From Octopus sinensis (Eukaryota): DNA of 64,000 nt. The position numbers were made by a program, and so were the translations under genes. The stretch spans positions 62,001 through 126,000 of the forward strand of contig NW_021831989.1 in NCBI RefSeq assembly GCF_006345805.1, written 5' to 3'. Under the pieces are notes generated by a model that was given only the letters and a program-made list of their open reading frames with translations, was not told where the DNA came from and made no database searches. Positions 59,010-64,000 of the stretch are shown piece after piece. Each line of letters opens with the position of its first letter. The stretch's first letter is position 1.

Positions 59010-62000
59010 TTTATTTATTTATTTTTTTTTAATTATTTAAATTTTATTTATGTAAACCAAAAGAGAAATAGTCATTGGCAGATAGCCAGAGTATTGCCTC
59101 TGACTATTGCTATAGATATTCTTTCGATTAAATACCGGTGCTCACACGGGTCGCCGGTAACCCTTCCGATTAATGAGGCAATGCGCTGGAGTAGGGTCCG
59201 AGTAGAAGCCCCTGTATTCCTGACGTCTCAACAGCCAGGGGGGCAAACACTCTCCCATTCCCAATTCCAGCGTATTTCTCAGCTTTTCTCTTTTCTGCCC
59301 GTTCAGACGGGGCTCCAGGATTCTCGATGCATAATTTGATGTTCTGATTGGAAAAGGAGTTCACACACGTGACGTCCCAAACCAGACACTTTCCCCTCTG
59401 GAATGGAAATGTGGTCATCCCATCGGGTCTTCTGCCGTCCTCTACGAAAATCCCTGCAGGTTCCAATTGTGTGTGGAATCCAGCAGTTCGAAGAGATCGA
59501 CAGATGATCTGGTTCAGTTCGGAATGCCGTGAGGAACGTCCAATTCCGTTTCGACAGGAGAGGGAGTGATATCCAAACTCGTCAGTCCACACGCCGCACC
59601 GGCATTGGTGTTTTTCATAGACGCGTAGACCGAGGCGCAGACAAACTCCAATTCTTACGGCTTCATCATTAAGAAGGCAGCCAGTTGTATTACAAGGGTA
59701 ACAGTTTAGCCATGCGCCGCTTAGGGGCTGGCTGCCCGCTTGTAAACAAGCCAACCTTCTCTGGTCCATGGTTTCCTTTAGGCATGAAAACGTATTGGCG
59801 TGGACTTTCGACGTCCACTCCGATTGGCAGGTCACATCAGATGGCAATGGCAATCCCAGCTTTTCCCATACGGCGGCGCAATCATCCACAGCAAATGATT
59901 TCCTCTGTTCGTTTATTTGAGAAAGAACAGTGTCGATCATATCTCTGGACGAGAGTACTGAGGAAAAATATGCGCCGTGCGCTGAATCTGCCGGGGTGAT
60001 CAAGCCGATCCCTCCCAGGGAAATTGGAAGAGTTGCCTGTTTCCACGACTGCGTATCGAAGCTAACGTTGAGGATGTTCTCAGTGCAAGCTCTCATATGC
60101 TTGGAATAGTCTTCGAGAAGATCTGTTTCCTGATAGCATTGGGCCGTCCTCAAAAGGTATGTTAACTTCGGAATAGATAGACAGTTCCTCATTAAAAAGA
60201 GCCCAATGTGGCTATCCACACAACGTAATTTTTCAGAAAGAAGGGAAAATTCCGAAATTTTAGCCTTCATAACAGCTTTGATACCACTTTTAAAAATAGG
60301 AGATCCAAGAAAAATCAAATCCTCTTTGAGGGGGAAGGTGCATCCAGGTAGCAGTTTGTCGAATTCGGTCATCCACTTACGAAAGGAAAGTTCGTCCGTG
60401 TTGACATTCACAATTTCGCATTTGCCGCAGTTGAATTCAAGCCCAAGCGCTCCAAATTTAAAAACAAGAGACTTCAGCGTTTCCAAGATGCCCTCAGGGG
60501 TTCCTCCAATTACTCCATCATCCAAATACCACATGTTAAGATCATTTTTACATGATCTCGTTGTATGGTGAATTGCGAGCGAGAATAAAAGAGGACCTAG
60601 AGGGTCACCTTGTTGAACTCCATTGGCAGAATCAAGTATTGTTGTTCCGAATACAAGTGCGGAAGGCTTGGAGTATGCCAAATTTACAATCGGTAGGATG
60701 TGCGGAATTTCTTTGGCACAAGCTTCAAGAATACAGTCTCTTCTAACAGAATTAAATGCATTCTTTAAATCGATCTTGGCCAGAATTCGTTGGGAATCCG
60801 TGGAAGAAAAAACAAACTCACGCAGAGCGTGGACCCCGGCCTCGGCGCCTCCTCGGACACCAACTCCGAGCTGTGTTGGTACGAAGTACGACAGAAGTTC
60901 CCCAGAGCCTGCCTTGCTTGCTATCTTGGAAGCAATCCTTCGGAAAATGTTTCCGACAGCAATGGGGCGAACTCCGCCATCCGTCTTCTTTAGGGCCGTC
61001 AAACATGAGGAGAAGATCAGTTCACGGGCAAAAGAGCATAAGTCGCCGGACAGAATCTTGTTAGAGAGTCCGACGATCTTTTCGAGCAAGGTAGTATTGT
61101 TTTCCCCTGAGAGCCGACACATCAAATCACGAACATGCCCAGGCCTTAGGCCATCCACACCACCAGAGCTGCTGCGACGGAAAGATTTCAGGCTATCGGA
61201 GATGTCCGCGGCCGAGGCTACTAGTGGCATGACATTAGGGAGGTGGAATTTACGAAAGTCTTCAGGGGCGCTGGGATGTTTCGCCTTCAATGCAGAAACA
61301 GTGGCAGTGCTGTATGGAAGGGTGCCCAGGTCGGAGGATATGGTTCGTACAGCGGCCTTTACGTCTCCTTCCATGAGTTTTGTCCGTACCAGCCGCCGTA
61401 TCCTTTCGGCCTCAGATGCCTTTGAAGGCCTTCTTTCAACTTTGTGCGTCCCTTCGGTAGGGGGGCAGAGGACGGACTCGAAATTGGACATGAATTCAGC
61501 GATCTGCGCTTTCAAAACTTTAGCAAGGGATTGCCCATCCCTTTGTTGCTGTATCGGGACGCCCAAAGCGTAGACGGGAAAGAGGAATAGTTTTGCCCAT
61601 GAAAGGGCGTCGGAGTCTTTCTTCGTGGCATTTCCAATCAAGGTGGCAAGACTCTCTGCAGCAAGTAGCCTGACTGCCTTCGGAATCCTGACGGGGATGT
61701 ATCTGCACCGTCGCAAAGCGGACAGATATCGCAGAAATTCCTCTGCATCAGAGACGGGAAGGGCAAAGGGAGGTGGACACCATCCAGGAACTACGCACGA
61801 AGGGCAATTCCACGTCTGGAGGGCAGATGCCTGCTTCCTCTTGAGACCAATACAAGAGAGATGGAAAAAATTCTCACAGGTCGAGCAATTAATTCCACGT
61901 TTCCGTCTGTTCGATTTCTCGCAAGAAAGGCATGCTGGATTATCTGCTTTTTCCATGAATAGATTAGAATAGAATATAATAGGATACACAGAAAATAAGA

Positions 62001-62106
62001 CAATACAATAAGATACACAGAAAATAAGATAATACAATGAAGAACAACAATGAATGTGACAAAATTACAAGTGGGAACAAATTACACCACCACAACAACA
62101 ACGTGC
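59010..62106 (-). mobile_element. CRE-clade non-LTR retrotransposon, family B, apparently full length (PHD + RT + RLE)
   Basis: ATG 61956; ORF open to ~59200, one late frameshift, stop 59072. GVRPIAVG, KIDLKNAFNS, GVQQGDPLGP, WYLDD, RHSELN, RRPDG..WD. A-rich tail 59010-59030; 5' UTR with a 28-bp tandem repeat; no clear TSD. Confidence 0.95.
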
Positions 62107-62312
62107 TTGCTATAAATAATTTTATTAAAGTTTATATTTTAACAAAATCAATTTATTTTTATAACAAATTTTTATTCTTATTTATATTTTTTATAATCTA
62201 CGTCACTATTAAAAAAAGAATAACAAAAAAAATTTAATCAAATTATATTAAAACCTTAAAATATTAATTTTAAAAAATAATTTAATATTAAACCAGTAAA
62301 AAAAACATAATT

Positions 62313-64000
62313 GCACGTTGTTGCACGTTGTTGTTGTTGTTCATTTCTTTCTTTTCATTTGTTCATTTCTTATTCTATAATCCATTTTTGTAATTGTCAT
62401 CTATCTAATAATCTCTCTCTTTCCATTTCTCTCTGTCATCTATTTTTTCATTGTTTCTATCTTGCTCTCTTTCTATGTCTTTCTGTTTCCAACCCACTTC
62501 TGTTCTATGCTCTACTTGCGAAGTTAGTAACAACCGCAAGAAAGGGAGAGTCTGTTCTAGTTGCGACAGATTCTTCCACCTTTCTTGCGTGCGTCTTTCC
62601 AGGCGCGTTTCTGCCTCTCTCTTAATTTGGGACTGTCCTTCCTGCCGCTCTTGCCAGCCGGTTCAGTGTTCCAGCCCGCAAGAACTCCCCGAAAAACCGC
62701 CATTCGCAACATCCCCGTCTGCCGAGGAAGTTCTCAAATCTATCAAGCTCTTCCGTCGTCTCCGGAAAATCCCATCCAGAATCCCAAAAGCTGCGCGTAT
62801 CTTTGCAGCCTCCTCCCTGTCCGCCGCAATCGATAAGGCTTTGGCATCTGATGGCCATTCCGATTGGCTTAAGCTGTTTTGCTTCGCCTCTTTTGGTCTC
62901 GGTTTTGCCCCATTAAGAGCCCGTGTGAAAACCTCCTCATTTCGCTGGCTACAACCGTCAAACAAGAATTGGCCTTGTACGATAAGAACTCTTTTTCCAT
63001 CCGCTGGCTGCGGGACCACCTCGCTAGCTCCGAATTTCCCTCTGGTTCACCATCCCATAATGTGTCCTCTCACGCGAATGACGTCGACTACCTCAACAGA
63101 AAGATTAATAGTAAACTCTTGGACGGCGACGTTCGTGGTGCAGTTAGGCTGGTTGCCTCGACAAGTCCCCTTTTGCCCACGACCCCTGCTGTTTTGAATT
63201 CCCTCAGGGAAAAACATCCCCCTCAGCCAAACGACTTCAGGCCTCAGCCGTCCCCTGACACCCTCGCTCTCAATCCTTTTGCTGTCTCGGAAACTCTTGT
63301 ACTGAAAGCCCTGAGGGACTTTTCACCTGGAAGCAGTGGTGGTGTAGATGGTCTGAGACCAGGTCATCTGAAAGACCTGACGTCTCCCACTACCGCCGAA
63401 GCTGGTCGAAAACTCCTACGCTCAATTACCAACCTGTGCAACCGCTTCATCTCCGGTTCCCTCCCCGATTTTGCTCGTGATATTTTCTTTTCCGCCAACC
63501 TTACTGCCCTTGGGAAAAAGGACAACGGCGTGAGACCCATTGCCGTTGGGAATATCTTTCGGAGGCTCTCTGCCAAACTTCTGTGCCACGCAATTGTCCC
63601 CTTTTTGTCTCAAGTGTTTCTCCCCGCCCAACTCGGGGTCGGTGTCCCAAACGGCTGCGAAGCGGCCGTTCATTCTCTCCGTGAACTCATCGAATCTTCC
63701 CAGTCGGCTATCATGGTCAAACTAGACGTCTCAAACGCTTTCAACTCCATCAGACGTGACCACCTGCTGGAGTGCTGTCGCGAACTGGTTCCGTTCGCTT
63801 ATCCCCTTGTACATCTCTCATACGCTTCTCCGAGTATCCTCATGTTCGACGATGTTCCCATCTCTTCGGCCACCGGGGTCCAACAGGGAGATCCCCTGGG
63901 TCCTGTCCTTTTTGCCTTGGGCGTTAACAGTATCGCTCACTCTGTTCGATCCCCAGTTAACATATGGTATCTGGATGACGCAACCATTTGCGGTCCCCCC
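62313..64000 (+). mobile_element. CRE family A copy 2, with full 5' UTR, running off the window end
   Basis: Nearly identical to the reverse complement of 12521-14052; ATG 62475; pyrimidine-rich 5' UTR starting GCACGTTGTT. Confidence 0.95.

Noticed and set aside
60623-61573. 316-aa plus-strand ORF and other long ORFs overlapping CRE elements
   Set aside because: Antisense shadows of GC-rich RT coding sequence with no recognisable motifs.
61957-62037. Hydrophobic N-terminal extension of the 955-aa ORF
   Set aside because: Starts at a non-ATG codon and translates the repetitive 5' UTR; ATG 61956 is the likely start.

Overview
AT-rich, gene-dense eukaryotic DNA using the standard genetic code, with very short spliceosomal introns (mostly 23-31 nt). 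Motile-cilia genes (CFAP276, AXDND1, ANKEF1) and a ZMYM/WOC gene point to a miniaturised ciliated bilaterian, most plausibly a dicyemid mesozoan (inference). Host genes: GPR107/108, SLC37A, SLC6, INTS7, RPF1, CFAP276, ZMYM, fumarase, AXDND1, ALG8, ANKEF1, INTS4, two tandem unknown paralogs, one unidentified gene and a NIT1 fragment. Mobile DNA: an R4/Dong-type retrotransposon plus fragments, three PHD-finger CRE retrotransposons plus remnants, Tc1 elements, hAT remnants, a Ginger2 element and a tRNA-derived SINE. Top finding: a 1.56-kb non-autonomous element (73-bp TGT..ACA TIRs, 5-bp TSD, Ginger2-like) carries an intron-containing RPF1 gene segment and has inserted into a Tc1 transposase gene. 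Also notable: a U12-type intron with apparent GT-AT ends in ALG8, and two divergent head-to-head CRE families sharing an identical 15-nt 5' motif. All identifications are by motif recognition and manual translation; no database searches were run.
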